Positions 50,444 to 59,954 of a stretch of 64,000 nucleotides of DNA are shown here, piece after piece. The position numbers and the translations under genes were made by a program. The DNA is taken from IMG/VR virus record IMGVR_UViG_3300035686_000002, positions 87,713 through 151,712 of that record; one strand, 5' to 3'. The notes beneath the pieces are model-generated. The model ran no database searches. It was not told the origin of the DNA and saw nothing but the letters and a program-made list of their open reading frames with translations. Origin of the DNA: a virus (lineage: Duplodnaviria > Caudoviricetes). Position 1 is the stretch's first letter. Every line of letters begins with the position of its first letter.

Positions 50444-50749
50444 AAACGATCGCGCTAATACAAAAGGCGATCGCTCTAATCGAAAAACTGGAAACAGAAT
50501 TTAAAACTAAGGAAAGGAAAGAAACAGTGAAATTTTGGAATAAAGTTAAGGCAATTCTTAAAGCGGAATTAGACAGACATCGGGGCATAGATGCCTTCAT
50601 TATTGTCGCCGCCCCTTGGTAATGCCGATCAACTTCTTGTAAAACGCAACGCAATAATAATCGACGGGACACTCTGGACAAGCAACCCGCCGACCGTGTA
50701 AATCTTTTCTTAGCTTTCGCTGAGAAACTCATCTAAGGACAATTGTACT

Positions 50750-51472
50750 ATGGACTTTGGACGCAACAACACATCAGCGGTAATCCTCAACCCCGCAGCC
50801 GGACACAGCCCCCATATTGACGAAAAAACATCAAGCTGGGGCAACACAGAAACTGATATCCTTTCTTACTTGTCGGATGTCAACCAGCTTGAAGCTTTTG
50901 CAGACAAAGCAGCGAATGCAGAACAGCTCGCATTAGTTTTAGAGCCATTTCTAGACAATGCTCGGACGTATTTTGAAGCGATGACAAAGCTTGCCGACGG
51001 TCAAGCAACCTGGACTGAGCTTAGAAAGCAGTTTGGTTCCAAGGTTGCCAGCGCGATCGCAAAAATTCGCAAACTCAACGCTGAATTTGGCTCAGAGATG
51101 GAGTTATTGGATGCCCGTGACCGATCGACAATGCTCAAGGTTGAAAACAACAGGCAGCAAAAATTAGCCGAAATCGCTCATGAGTTGACTCAAGACTTGC
51201 AGGCTCAGCTCTGGCAGCATGAAAACAAAATGGCTGCAATTAACAGCAAAGGCGAAGTCGCCCAAAAGCGCCAATCAATTCAACAAGGGCTTCAAACTAA
51301 GCGCCAAGAACTGCTGATGCGAGCACGCAGCGGTACAAACCAAGGTGTGCAAGACAAAGTTCCAGTTTTGGTCAGTGGAATCTCTCAGTCCGGCATTTCT
51401 AGCGGTGTATCAGCAACCGGAAAAGTTAGGGATTTTAGCTGGTTTTCAAATTTAATCAACTTCAACCGCTAA
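50750..51472 (+). CDS. Coiled-coil protein
   Basis: AAGGA RBS; long heptad region. Confidence 0.75.
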   Translation: MDFGRNNTSAVILNPAAGHSPHIDEKTSSWGNTETDILSYLSDVNQLEAFADKAANAEQLALVLEPFLDNARTYFEAMTKLADGQATWTELRKQFGSKVASAIAKIRKLNAEFGSEMELLDARDRSTMLKVENNRQQKLAEIAHELTQDLQAQLWQHENKMAAINSKGEVAQKRQSIQQGLQTKRQELLMRARSGTNQGVQDKVPVLVSGISQSGISSGVSATGKVRDFSWFSNLINFNR

Positions 51473-51487
51473 GGAGTATGGGGGCAA

Positions 51488-52024
51488 ATGCACGAATTTA
51501 TAGGTTCTAGTCCCCTCTCATTTTTGGGAGAGGGATTGCAAACACAACAGCAACATCAACAGCGACAATATACTGCGCCAGAGATCGAGCCATTGACAGA
51601 ATCGAACGCAGAGCGTAATTACCGGGATGCTGCAAATCTCTGTGAAGTCGTCGCGCCCGCAGCGTTAGGGTCGGCGGTAGTATTTGCTTTTCACTCAATG
51701 CAGGTTGCGGGCGGATCGATCGCCGCAATCGGGATTTACCAAATTTATCTAGCAGCTAAACTGACGGGGCAATCAAGCGGACGCTGGACTTCTGCAATTG
51801 TTGGTGTTGGTGTCACTGGATCTATGGTTTTTGCTTTTAGCGAAGCAATAGGAGAATCACAGCAAGCATCTGACGTCAAATTTCGCATAGAAACCGCAAT
51901 TAAAGAGTTACAGATAACCCAAAAATTTGATGCTGGATATTTTGACTATTTGCCGTCAATCGCGCTTGTAATCATCGTTGTTTGCCTACTTCTTAAATTC
52001 AAAGGAGTGAAACAATGCCGTTGA
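51488..52024 (+). CDS. Multi-pass membrane protein
   Basis: Three to four hydrophobic segments; overlaps the ATPase start. Confidence 0.75.
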   Translation: MHEFIGSSPLSFLGEGLQTQQQHQQRQYTAPEIEPLTESNAERNYRDAANLCEVVAPAALGSAVVFAFHSMQVAGGSIAAIGIYQIYLAAKLTGQSSGRWTSAIVGVGVTGSMVFAFSEAIGESQQASDVKFRIETAIKELQITQKFDAGYFDYLPSIALVIIVVCLLLKFKGVKQCR

Positions 52025-53790
52025 CGACAAGACACGCTCAACTGTTGAAGTCCAACCGGACGCTAATGATTTGGCTTGAAGGGTTCCCGCTCACTGCTAA
52101 ATTATCCGTTGTTGGGTTGGCGCTGATGATCGGAGTTTACAGCGGCATCAATGCGCTCAAAGGTACAACCAGTGACATGGTGCAAGCCTGCATCCGCAAT
52201 AAGCAATCGTTGCAATGTGCTGACAAAGCAGGCAGGCCCTACATCATGACCGAATACCACGCAGAGCAGTGGAAGGCAAACGGCATTCCGGGTGAGGTGG
52301 TATTTAATAAAACTATCCCCGCAACTAATTCGCACAAAGCGCTGTGGATGGTTTTAGTTGCGGGTAGTTTTGGAGTTGCGGGAGTCGTTCTGAGAAGCTT
52401 GCAAAACTCTGAGCGCCAACTAGCTACCTATGAAGCTATTGCAGAGAAACGAGATTCAGCCAAGGCACAAATCAGCGCCCGCGCAGAACTGATAGAAGAC
52501 TATCGCAATGTGGCGATCGCAGAAGTTTATCTACAAGCGGACTTAGAAGTGGCAGCGAATGATCGGGCGGTAGTTCTCAAGCAGTGCGAATTGTTAGGAG
52601 AAGCTGATATTAAGATTGCTCAGCTAGAAGCTGAAGAGGCTTTATTCGAGGCAGAGACTGCTGGATTGTCTGACGAGAAGAAGCAGGAATATCTAGACTT
52701 TTTGCGAAATCAAAAAACTCCATTTGAGTTTCAATTGACGGGAACGCAAACATTTAACAGCATCAATAACCCTAGTGACAAAATTGAATCGCAATCAACA
52801 GACGGGGCTAAAATCCCCAAGCTCATCTGGTATCCATCTGTTCTCGTTTATGGCGCTCCCGGTTCCGGCAAAACCTTCTTCTCTGAGCAAGAAGTCGGCA
52901 AGCGTCTGGCTGCGGGTCATCGGGTTGTGGTGCTTGATCCACACGCCGCTTACGGCGCTTGGCAAGGGTGCGAGGTCATTGGTGGCGGGATGGATTACCC
53001 AGCTATTGATGCAAAGCTTGCCTGGTTTTCCGATGAAGTAGCCAAGCGTTATAAGGTTGTGCAAAGCACACCTAACCCGAAGTTTCAACCATTGACTTTT
53101 GTGTGTGACGAGTTCACGCGGTGGGGTGGAAAATGCCCAAACTCAACAGATTTTTTTGAGCAACTGGTAACTGATATTCGCAAGGTTGAGATGTTCGGCT
53201 TAATCATCTCGCATACCCGTACTTTAGCAGGATTAGCCAATGCCAAAGGATTTGCATCTCTGCGGGATGAAGCCTTGCTAGAGGTGGAAATATTGGGAAA
53301 TAAAGATGAAGAAACAGGCAGGGCTACACCCCGTTTTGAGGCAAAAATAAAGCTACCGGGACAACCTTTATCCGATCGCACCTTGGTCAAACTGACAAAG
53401 CACTCGACACCGAATAAACCAGAACCAACCTTACAAAATACTTCGGCAGAATCTACAACTGACTATCTCGACCGCGTTTTTAAGCTTGAGTTCGATTTAG
53501 GCAAACCTGAAACCGAATCCGAAACCGTTTCAGACGAATTTCAAAACGTGAAACAACGGCACAGCAGCAATTCTAGCGATTCTGACGCCGTTTATTTCAC
53601 AGCCCTGAAACTTGATCGAGCAAGAGCAATCGAGTTAATCCTGAAGCTAAAAAATGAAATGAAACACACGCAGACAGAGATTATCTGGATGCTGTGGAAC
53701 GCTCGACCGGGCAAAACTAAAGCCTACGAAACAGCGGTTTCAGAGTATAAAGAATTACTCAAAAAGATTGTGGGAGAAGGCAGTGAATGA
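52015..53790 (+). CDS. Membrane-anchored P-loop ATPase (FtsK/HerA/VirB4-VirD4 superfamily-like)
   Basis: Two TM helices, a coiled coil, Walker A GAPGSGKT, VVLDPH, Walker B FVCDEF, and a small C-terminal helical (wHTH-like) domain. Confidence 0.8.
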   Translation: MPLTTRHAQLLKSNRTLMIWLEGFPLTAKLSVVGLALMIGVYSGINALKGTTSDMVQACIRNKQSLQCADKAGRPYIMTEYHAEQWKANGIPGEVVFNKTIPATNSHKALWMVLVAGSFGVAGVVLRSLQNSERQLATYEAIAEKRDSAKAQISARAELIEDYRNVAIAEVYLQADLEVAANDRAVVLKQCELLGEADIKIAQLEAEEALFEAETAGLSDEKKQEYLDFLRNQKTPFEFQLTGTQTFNSINNPSDKIESQSTDGAKIPKLIWYPSVLVYGAPGSGKTFFSEQEVGKRLAAGHRVVVLDPHAAYGAWQGCEVIGGGMDYPAIDAKLAWFSDEVAKRYKVVQSTPNPKFQPLTFVCDEFTRWGGKCPNSTDFFEQLVTDIRKVEMFGLIISHTRTLAGLANAKGFASLRDEALLEVEILGNKDEETGRATPRFEAKIKLPGQPLSDRTLVKLTKHSTPNKPEPTLQNTSAESTTDYLDRVFKLEFDLGKPETESETVSDEFQNVKQRHSSNSSDSDAVYFTALKLDRARAIELILKLKNEMKHTQTEIIWMLWNARPGKTKAYETAVSEYKELLKKIVGEGSE

Positions 53791-53985
53791 AAAGCAAACC
53801 AGTGCTTCGTGTCGCAGGAATACCGCAACCCGGCTATATGTAAAGATCAATAGTTAGTAGGAGGCTAAAATTGGAAATAGAGTTTAGAAGGATGGACACA
53901 GCACAAGGAATTAAAGAAATCAAAGTTGAGTTAAAGTTTTTTCAACCCAAAACAAACAAATCAATTATTACCCGGAGCTAAAACA

Positions 53986-54210
53986 ATGTCAAATAACAAC
54001 TATCGCGTCATTGACACAGATCCAAATTCTGAGCCTGTTCTTACTATCAGTCAAATTGAGCACGCCGGACAATCTTACGTCAAATACGAGATTACTGGAT
54101 GGGGAGGTAGTGCAGTACCTGTTGAAGGAGGTGAGGATTTTTCTAAATCCTTGGGTAGTTCAATCAAATACGTTAAAACTTTTTCTGAAAAAGGAGGTGA
54201 TTTAGGGTGA
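53986..54210 (+). CDS. Hypothetical protein
   Basis: GGAG RBS; 74 aa. Confidence 0.5.
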   Translation: MSNNNYRVIDTDPNSEPVLTISQIEHAGQSYVKYEITGWGGSAVPVEGGEDFSKSLGSSIKYVKTFSEKGGDLG

Positions 54211-54353
54211 GTTATACATACCTAATCTCAATGAATAGGGCAACAACCCCAACTACGATTTAGCTCGCGAAGTGTTCCAGCAAATCAGCAAGTCAATTAA
54301 TTAGATTGGTCAAACCATCTAATTAAAGAAAATTTCACTCAACATACAAAATT

Positions 54354-54731
54354 ATGCAACTAACAGATGTTTCTATTTCGACATTCACTTTTGAGGTTAA
54401 GTTTTCTGAAGATATGGAGGAATACCTAATGGAATCCTTTACGGATTTTTTAGAAAATCGAAACCTAATATCTAAAAGTGTCCTGAATAAAACTTTGGGA
54501 ATTTGGGTTGATTCTGTTCCATATCATGAATTTTCTGAATTGTTTGATATTTTCTGGAAACAAATGCGTGACGAAATGCCTGGAGGGAAAGCTGTTGAAA
54601 TAATTGCGGGCATTGGCATACAAATATTTAGTATATTCCAACGAAAGAAACCTCCAGAACGTTCTCTAGTTCGTGAAACAGTAAAAACGAGAGTTGCGTT
54701 AAAACTTTTAGATTTGGTCGTCCAAGTTTGA
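54354..54731 (+). CDS. Hypothetical protein
   Basis: 125-aa ORF. Confidence 0.6.
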   Translation: MQLTDVSISTFTFEVKFSEDMEEYLMESFTDFLENRNLISKSVLNKTLGIWVDSVPYHEFSELFDIFWKQMRDEMPGGKAVEIIAGIGIQIFSIFQRKKPPERSLVRETVKTRVALKLLDLVVQV

Positions 54732-54800
54732 TTGATTTTCTATCCGCTAATTACTGGATAACAGTGAACAAGATAGCCAATCTAAACCTTCTGACAAAAA

Positions 54801-54829
54801 CAAAGACCTCGGAGCCACCGAGGTCTTTT
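54801..54829. terminator. Bidirectional terminator hairpin
   Basis: AAAGACCTCGG-AGCCA-CCGAGGTCTTT between convergent genes. Confidence 0.75.
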
Positions 54830-54840
54830 GTTGTATAGTC

Positions 54841-56361
54841 TTAGCGCTTACTGTCTTGTCGATAGGCGTCCTTCTGCTCCAGACATTTCTGAATCTCTAA
54901 AGCAAGATACCCTGCATGATCGCCTCGGATAGCCGGGTTGGTTTGGAATATCTCTCGAATCAACTTAAGAGCGTCGCTGCTGCGATACTCACGGGCTGCT
55001 ATCCCTTGCGGGTATTCTTGCGCGACATAGCACTGTGCATTCTGCACATCCCAACAGATCAAAAAATTACCAACATTGTCAAAATAGCTTTGTCTCAAAT
55101 TGCGTTTAGAGACAAGAGCATCAGCAGCGTCGAACGAATGTTCGTAGATATGCGCTGAAAACGAGTTAGTGACTAAAGCCCCAAGTTCTAAATCTTCCAG
55201 CCCCTCATCAATCAGAGTTTCGCACACCTGTTTTTGCAGGTGTCTCAACCCCATCGCGTTTGCAACCCACGCGCTGTACATATCGTTAGACCGGAACGTA
55301 GCGATGAGAACTAATTTGTCGTTGGAGATGCGGAACCATAAATGGTTAAGGCAAGGACTGCCACCGTGCTGATGATCGGAGGATTTGTCTGATCGAATAC
55401 CTCCGGCATCCCACAAATTAACGACAGCCGAACAAGCATCAGGTTCTTTGACGAGTTTGTCAATCACCTCAACGATTTGGTCATGCCCAAAATATTCTCG
55501 CATCCGAGAGCCGTAGGTGTACTTAACGCTGGATTCTTGTCCCTTTAAGCCCTCGCACATCTGGGGAAGATAGGATTTGATGTATTCGGCATCGACAGGC
55601 AGATACGGTTCAAATCTAAAGCCGTCGGGTTCGTTGTTGATAATAACGGTTAAGTTTGCAAGTTCTTGCCAATATCCGCCGTAACCAGTCGTAAGAATCC
55701 GCCCTGTAGTTCTGATGCGGTAGAGAATTTCGGGAAAGGCTTCGGCGATCGTGTCTGCCTCAATTCGGTGTCCGATGTACGCCCCCGGCAGTCGGTTCGA
55801 GTCTATCGACTGAATCGGGAAAACCTGACGGTTTCCGGCTTCATACTTAGAAATGGTCGGTATATATTCTGGCACGTCCGACAATTTAGCAGGCAACCCT
55901 GCGAGATATTCCGGCAGTGTAGAAACCTCAATCCGCGCTCTGAGAGCTTCTAAGGCTTCAAGAGGTATTTCTTTTTCAATTTCACCGCGTCCCCTGATCG
56001 TCCTCCAACACGGGCGCTCTGCCGAACTCATCGCCTCTTCTACCCCATTCTCAAAAAATGCCCTGAGCGATGCCATAGATCCGGCGTTCAAATCGTATGA
56101 GGTCGGCATCGTGTGAACAACCTGCGTTATTTGCGGATTGTATAGCAGGTTACGGATCAAAATGGACAAGCCACCCGTCGGGTTGTATAACTGCCCTAAT
56201 GCAGCATAAGTAGCCGATGGGAGCTTTTTGGCGATTGATGCGGCATCACTCCAACCTGTGACTACTATCACCGGGCTATACCGATCACCATAGATCAATT
56301 GTTCCGATTTGTAAAGCGCCTCATACTGGTAGAACTCGCTTGCTGTTTCTTGCTCTTGCAT
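54841..56361 (-). CDS. thyA: Thymidylate synthase with MtrA-like N-terminal and DUF4346-like C-terminal domains
   Basis: YTYGSR, SPCL, FRSNDMYSAWVAN and SAHIY; N-terminal GQLY..GLSILIRNLLYNPQI; C-terminal DNVGNFLI..HAGYLALE. Start moved to the ATG at 56361. Confidence 0.82.
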   Translation of the reverse strand: MQEQETASEFYQYEALYKSEQLIYGDRYSPVIVVTGWSDAASIAKKLPSATYAALGQLYNPTGGLSILIRNLLYNPQITQVVHTMPTSYDLNAGSMASLRAFFENGVEEAMSSAERPCWRTIRGRGEIEKEIPLEALEALRARIEVSTLPEYLAGLPAKLSDVPEYIPTISKYEAGNRQVFPIQSIDSNRLPGAYIGHRIEADTIAEAFPEILYRIRTTGRILTTGYGGYWQELANLTVIINNEPDGFRFEPYLPVDAEYIKSYLPQMCEGLKGQESSVKYTYGSRMREYFGHDQIVEVIDKLVKEPDACSAVVNLWDAGGIRSDKSSDHQHGGSPCLNHLWFRISNDKLVLIATFRSNDMYSAWVANAMGLRHLQKQVCETLIDEGLEDLELGALVTNSFSAHIYEHSFDAADALVSKRNLRQSYFDNVGNFLICWDVQNAQCYVAQEYPQGIAAREYRSSDALKLIREIFQTNPAIRGDHAGYLALEIQKCLEQKDAYRQDSKR

Positions 56362-56577
56362 CTTATTTGTTTTTTGTAAAAACTCTTTATATAAACTATC
56401 ACAACAAATTCTTAATGTAAATAAGCACCTAAGCTTAAGATGAAGAGGTAAAAGAGAAAATCTATCAGGATAACAGGTGTAACTGTCGCTCTTGATGTAG
56501 AAAGTTAAATAAAAATGGAGTAGAATCAATTGTTTTGACTCTACTCCATTTTGTTAAACTGGCGTTAGGCTGAAAGC

Positions 56578-56808
56578 TTAAAGATCAATGTTTATCCGCT
56601 GTCCTTGAATGTAATCGCCCTCGATCCGTTCGTTGTAGTTGCCGCCTTCGATGTTGATCGTGATTGTTCTGCTTGATCCATTGGCATCGGTACGCTCTAC
56701 AATTATTTTCGGCTGTGTAGTAGAAGTTGGGTTATTTGTTTGACTGCCACCGGGTACAGTGTCAACTGTTGGCTCACTATCACTAAATAGAATGCTCCAA
56801 AGTTTCAT
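56578..56808 (-). CDS. Small protein with a GGNYNERIEGDYIQG motif
   Basis: GGAG RBS; intact member of a local paralogue family. Confidence 0.7.
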   Translation of the reverse strand: MKLWSILFSDSEPTVDTVPGGSQTNNPTSTTQPKIIVERTDANGSSRTITINIEGGNYNERIEGDYIQGQRINIDL

Positions 56809-56858
56809 TGTTTTAGTCTCCGTTGTTTGTTTTGTAGCTGTGGGCTGTTTTCAATTGT

Positions 56859-57056
56859 TCAGGTTGTGGGCTTTTCTTGCTTAGTGCTGCCTTCATGATG
56901 ATTACCCTGCCCCACGTCGCTTTCAACATGATTGCCAATGTAATTGCCGTTGATTGAAAAACTTTCGTGAGTGTTAAGGTCAGATACTATCTTTCCATAT
57001 TTATCACTCTCTTCGGACGGAGGAGCTTTTACGTTGTCGCCGATTCCTGGTGGCAT
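56859..57056 (-). CDS. Small protein with a related GNYIG motif
   Basis: 65 aa; promoter TTGACA-N17-TACAAT at 57128 on the minus strand. Confidence 0.5.
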   Translation of the reverse strand: MPPGIGDNVKAPPSEESDKYGKIVSDLNTHESFSINGNYIGNHVESDVGQGNHHEGSTKQEKPTT

Positions 57057-57201
57057 TATTTAAAAGAGTCCTAAGCATACAAATAGGACAGATTCCCTCA
57101 TTGTACTTTATCTTCTCTTTGATGTCAACTGTTTATGTAGTATGATTTAATAGAGTTAAAATTTTCGATTAGCTCTTGTAGTCCTAGATCAATCTGAAAG
57201 A

Positions 57202-57457
57202 TTAAAGATCAATGTCGATCCGCTACCCTTGAATGCGATCGCCATTTCTGGTGTTGATGGTGAGTTGCCGTCTCTGGGATTGATAGCGATGGTTTTGGCT
57301 TAGCCATTGACCTTGGTGCGCTTGACAATAACAATCGGTTTTTTGGTTGATTTCGGGGTGTCTCTACAAAAATGTACCACCTCGTGTCACCTTCTCCGAC
57401 CGTCCCTGCCGTTTTTGGCTGTTGCCTGATAGTAGGATCGTCATCAGCTAAGTTCAT
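57202..57457 (-). pseudogene. Decayed paralogue of 56578..56808
   Basis: Alternate frames give PIVIVKRTKVNG*AKTIAIN and GDRIQG*RIDIDL, matching PKIIVERTDANGSSRTITIN and GDYIQGQRINIDL. Confidence 0.7.
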
Positions 57458-57493
57458 GTTTTATTCCCTTGTTTTTATCGACTTCCTCTAGAT

Positions 57494-58059
57494 TTAATCA
57501 TTCTCTCTAGGTTTCCGGCAAAAGTCGCTAATTAGAACTTTAAACTTTTCATCTCCGATGCCATAACTTTGTTTGACCGCGCTTACCAAGCTTAACTGTT
57601 GTAGTTTCGGAGTGAGATTATGAGAGAAACTGCGGGCAATTTCATCGCACCTGTCGTTGTAGAAGTCGCCAGAGTGACCGCGGACGTGTTCCCAGTTGAC
57701 TTGTGGCGAATTCAGCTTGTCTAGCAAGTGCCAGAGGTCTTTGTTAAGGACATCTTTGCCCGCGCGGGTTTTCCAGCCTTTGTTTTTCCAGCTTTGAATC
57801 CATTTGGTGATGCCGCTTTTAACGTATAGGCTGTCAGTGTAAAGGGTGACTGGTTCGGTTTGACCGGAATTAGCAAAAAATTCGAGGGCAGCGATAGCAG
57901 CTTGCATTTCCATGCGGTTTTTGGTGGTTTGGGGTCTCCACCTCCGAGTTTGTGACAGTTACCGTCGGCGAAGCAAACTACTGCACCCCAGCCGCTTGGG
58001 CCCGGGTTGCCGGAACAAGCGCTGTCTGTGTACAAGCTTTTTATTTTAGCAGTAGTCAT
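57494..58059 (-). pseudogene. rnhA: Ribonuclease HI, frameshifted
   Basis: YTDSACSGNPGPSGWG is in one frame; MEMQAAI..YTDSLYV..NKDLW..HVRGHSG..NDRCD is in another. A 1-bp shift lies near 57930. Confidence 0.85.
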
Positions 58060-58313
58060 ATCGCCCTCAATCTGTTTGTTATAGTTGCCACCTCCTGTCT
58101 TTACAATAATTTGATTGCCATCGTCATCAAACTCAATATCTTCGATGTATTGTCCGTTATTTTCTTCTGGTATTTCGATGCCGTTAACAATTGAAGTCAT
58201 TATCTGTTCTATCCTCTTACTTGATTTCCGTAATACCAGTTTGAGAGTACTAGACACGGATCATTACGATCACTTACTTTTTTTTAGATCGTTATTCATT
58301 CGAAAAATTATTA

Positions 58314-58751
58314 TCATTCCTTCTTCTGACGGTGGTTAATGCAGTCTTGTACAAAGATTAAATCGCGCATAACTTCGCTAGGAACTTGTACTCCAGCAGG
58401 CAAACTGAGAATGAACTCACTTAAGCGATAACAAATTGCACGAATTTTGGCGTCTTCACTTTTGTCAAGTTTTGCTAGATAACTTCGCAGATATTCAATT
58501 TGTTTGTTTTTTACGCGTGCAGCCTTAAGCGCAGAGATTCGCCACTTTTCATATTCAGATTTGTCGGCGTATTCTTTAGACGCTGAAGCCTCAATAAGTA
58601 ACTGCAAATTAATATCTTTCAACTCCGACTTAAGAGAACGTAATACATCTTCGACCTCTTCTTCAGTTTGGAGGTTTAAAGATTTAAGGTATTGAATCGA
58701 TAAATCATAATCCTGCCAATCTTTATCGGTTAACGTAGGTTTGTCATTTAC
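58314..58751 (-). CDS. Hypothetical coiled-coil protein (start uncertain)
   Basis: The frame of ORF 58314..58622 stays open upstream to about 58780. Confidence 0.5.
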   Translation of the reverse strand, partial: VNDKPTLTDKDWQDYDLSIQYLKSLNLQTEEEVEDVLRSLKSELKDINLQLLIEASASKEYADKSEYEKWRISALKAARVKNKQIEYLRSYLAKLDKSEDAKIRAICYRLSEFILSLPAGVQVPSEVMRDLIFVQDCINHRQKKE

Positions 58752-58881
58752 GACTCCTTGGGTAGATAAATAGTTTTTAGAGTGTCAATTTCTCCCTTTG
58801 TGAAAAGAAAACCTAACGAGTTAAGAACACTCATTAATACTTTCAAGTCCTTAGGCTGTTTAATGCGTAATTTACGGCGCG

Positions 58882-59641
58882 TTATACTCCATTTTTGATC
58901 AGAGTAGGTTTGCCCCTCTCAGCTATCAAATCGTTAAACGCTCGAACCGCTGCCCTCATAAAAGGGTTTTCAACAGTCGAGAGCCAATTCGACATAATCA
59001 CCATACCGCTGTTGGTAGCAAGATTGACAACCGGGTTTTGGTAGGGTTCCGTCACCCAGAACTCTCTGACCTCTTTACCAATTGTTACCTCTCCCATAAA
59101 ATCGCTCTCCCATTTCACCTCAGCAGGCAGTCGGTTCAGCAGCATCTGTCTCTGAAGATTTAACTCTGCCTTTGTAATTTTTTTTGCTGTTGCTTGCACA
59201 GTTTTGATTGCGCTGTCTACCGCGTTGATCGTCTGCTGAACTTTTGCATCGCTCTGGGCTTTTTCCAGGGCATCAAGAATTGCTTGCTCGTCTTCCTCTA
59301 GCGATCCGTTTTGTATCCCTAAAGCATAGCTAAGCGTGTCAACCGCTTTGTCAATGTGGGGAAAGAAAAGGAAAGAAAAAGAAAGACGATCAATTGCCAT
59401 CTTGACCCATGTTGATTTTTTGTGCTTATTCCCCCAAGCTTTGACACCTTCCTCATCAAACTCCAAATAATCAAACGCTTTCTTTATCTCAACCAAAGTA
59501 AACTTAAACATTTCTCTCACATTTCGACGCGAGGCATGAGCTAAAAGCTGTTTTAGTTGGCAATCATCTAAAGCCAAAAGCTCTGCTTTTTTTTTCAAAT
59601 GGTGTGTAAGCAAGAAAAGCAGCGTTGTTTATGGTTGTCAT
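58882..59641 (-). CDS. Hypothetical protein with an apparent frameshift in an A9 run
   Basis: The ATG at 59641 with an AAGGA-like RBS gives MTTINNAAFLAYTPFEKK, which joins AELLALDD.. only if the run is A8. Confidence 0.55.
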
Positions 59642-59954
59642 GTCTTTTTGTCCTAATATATGGCAGAGATTCTGTATAGAACTAGGAAGTGCTATGCTTA
59701 AATAAGCAAAATCTCTCTTTTTTTGCAGGTTGTGGGGAAGAGAAACCAAACATTAGGTTTGTTTTCCCCTTTTCTTCTACCACTTTAAACGATCATTTTC
59801 TCGATGTCAAGGGTTTATATGAGCATTTTTGATTTAGTAGTGTCTTGCCTGAACCGTCCGGGCAGTTAGCCGTCGAACAAAATCTTCAGTCTAAAAATTC
59901 ACTACAGACTTGAATCCACCCCAAGCTTTTTGTGTCACTGCTACTCGGTTAGAG

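Noticed and set aside
57915-57940. Programmed frameshift in rnhA
   Set aside because: There is no canonical X XXY YYZ heptamer in the zero frame, and the gene also carries a DG>DS motif change. Decay or sequencing error is simpler.
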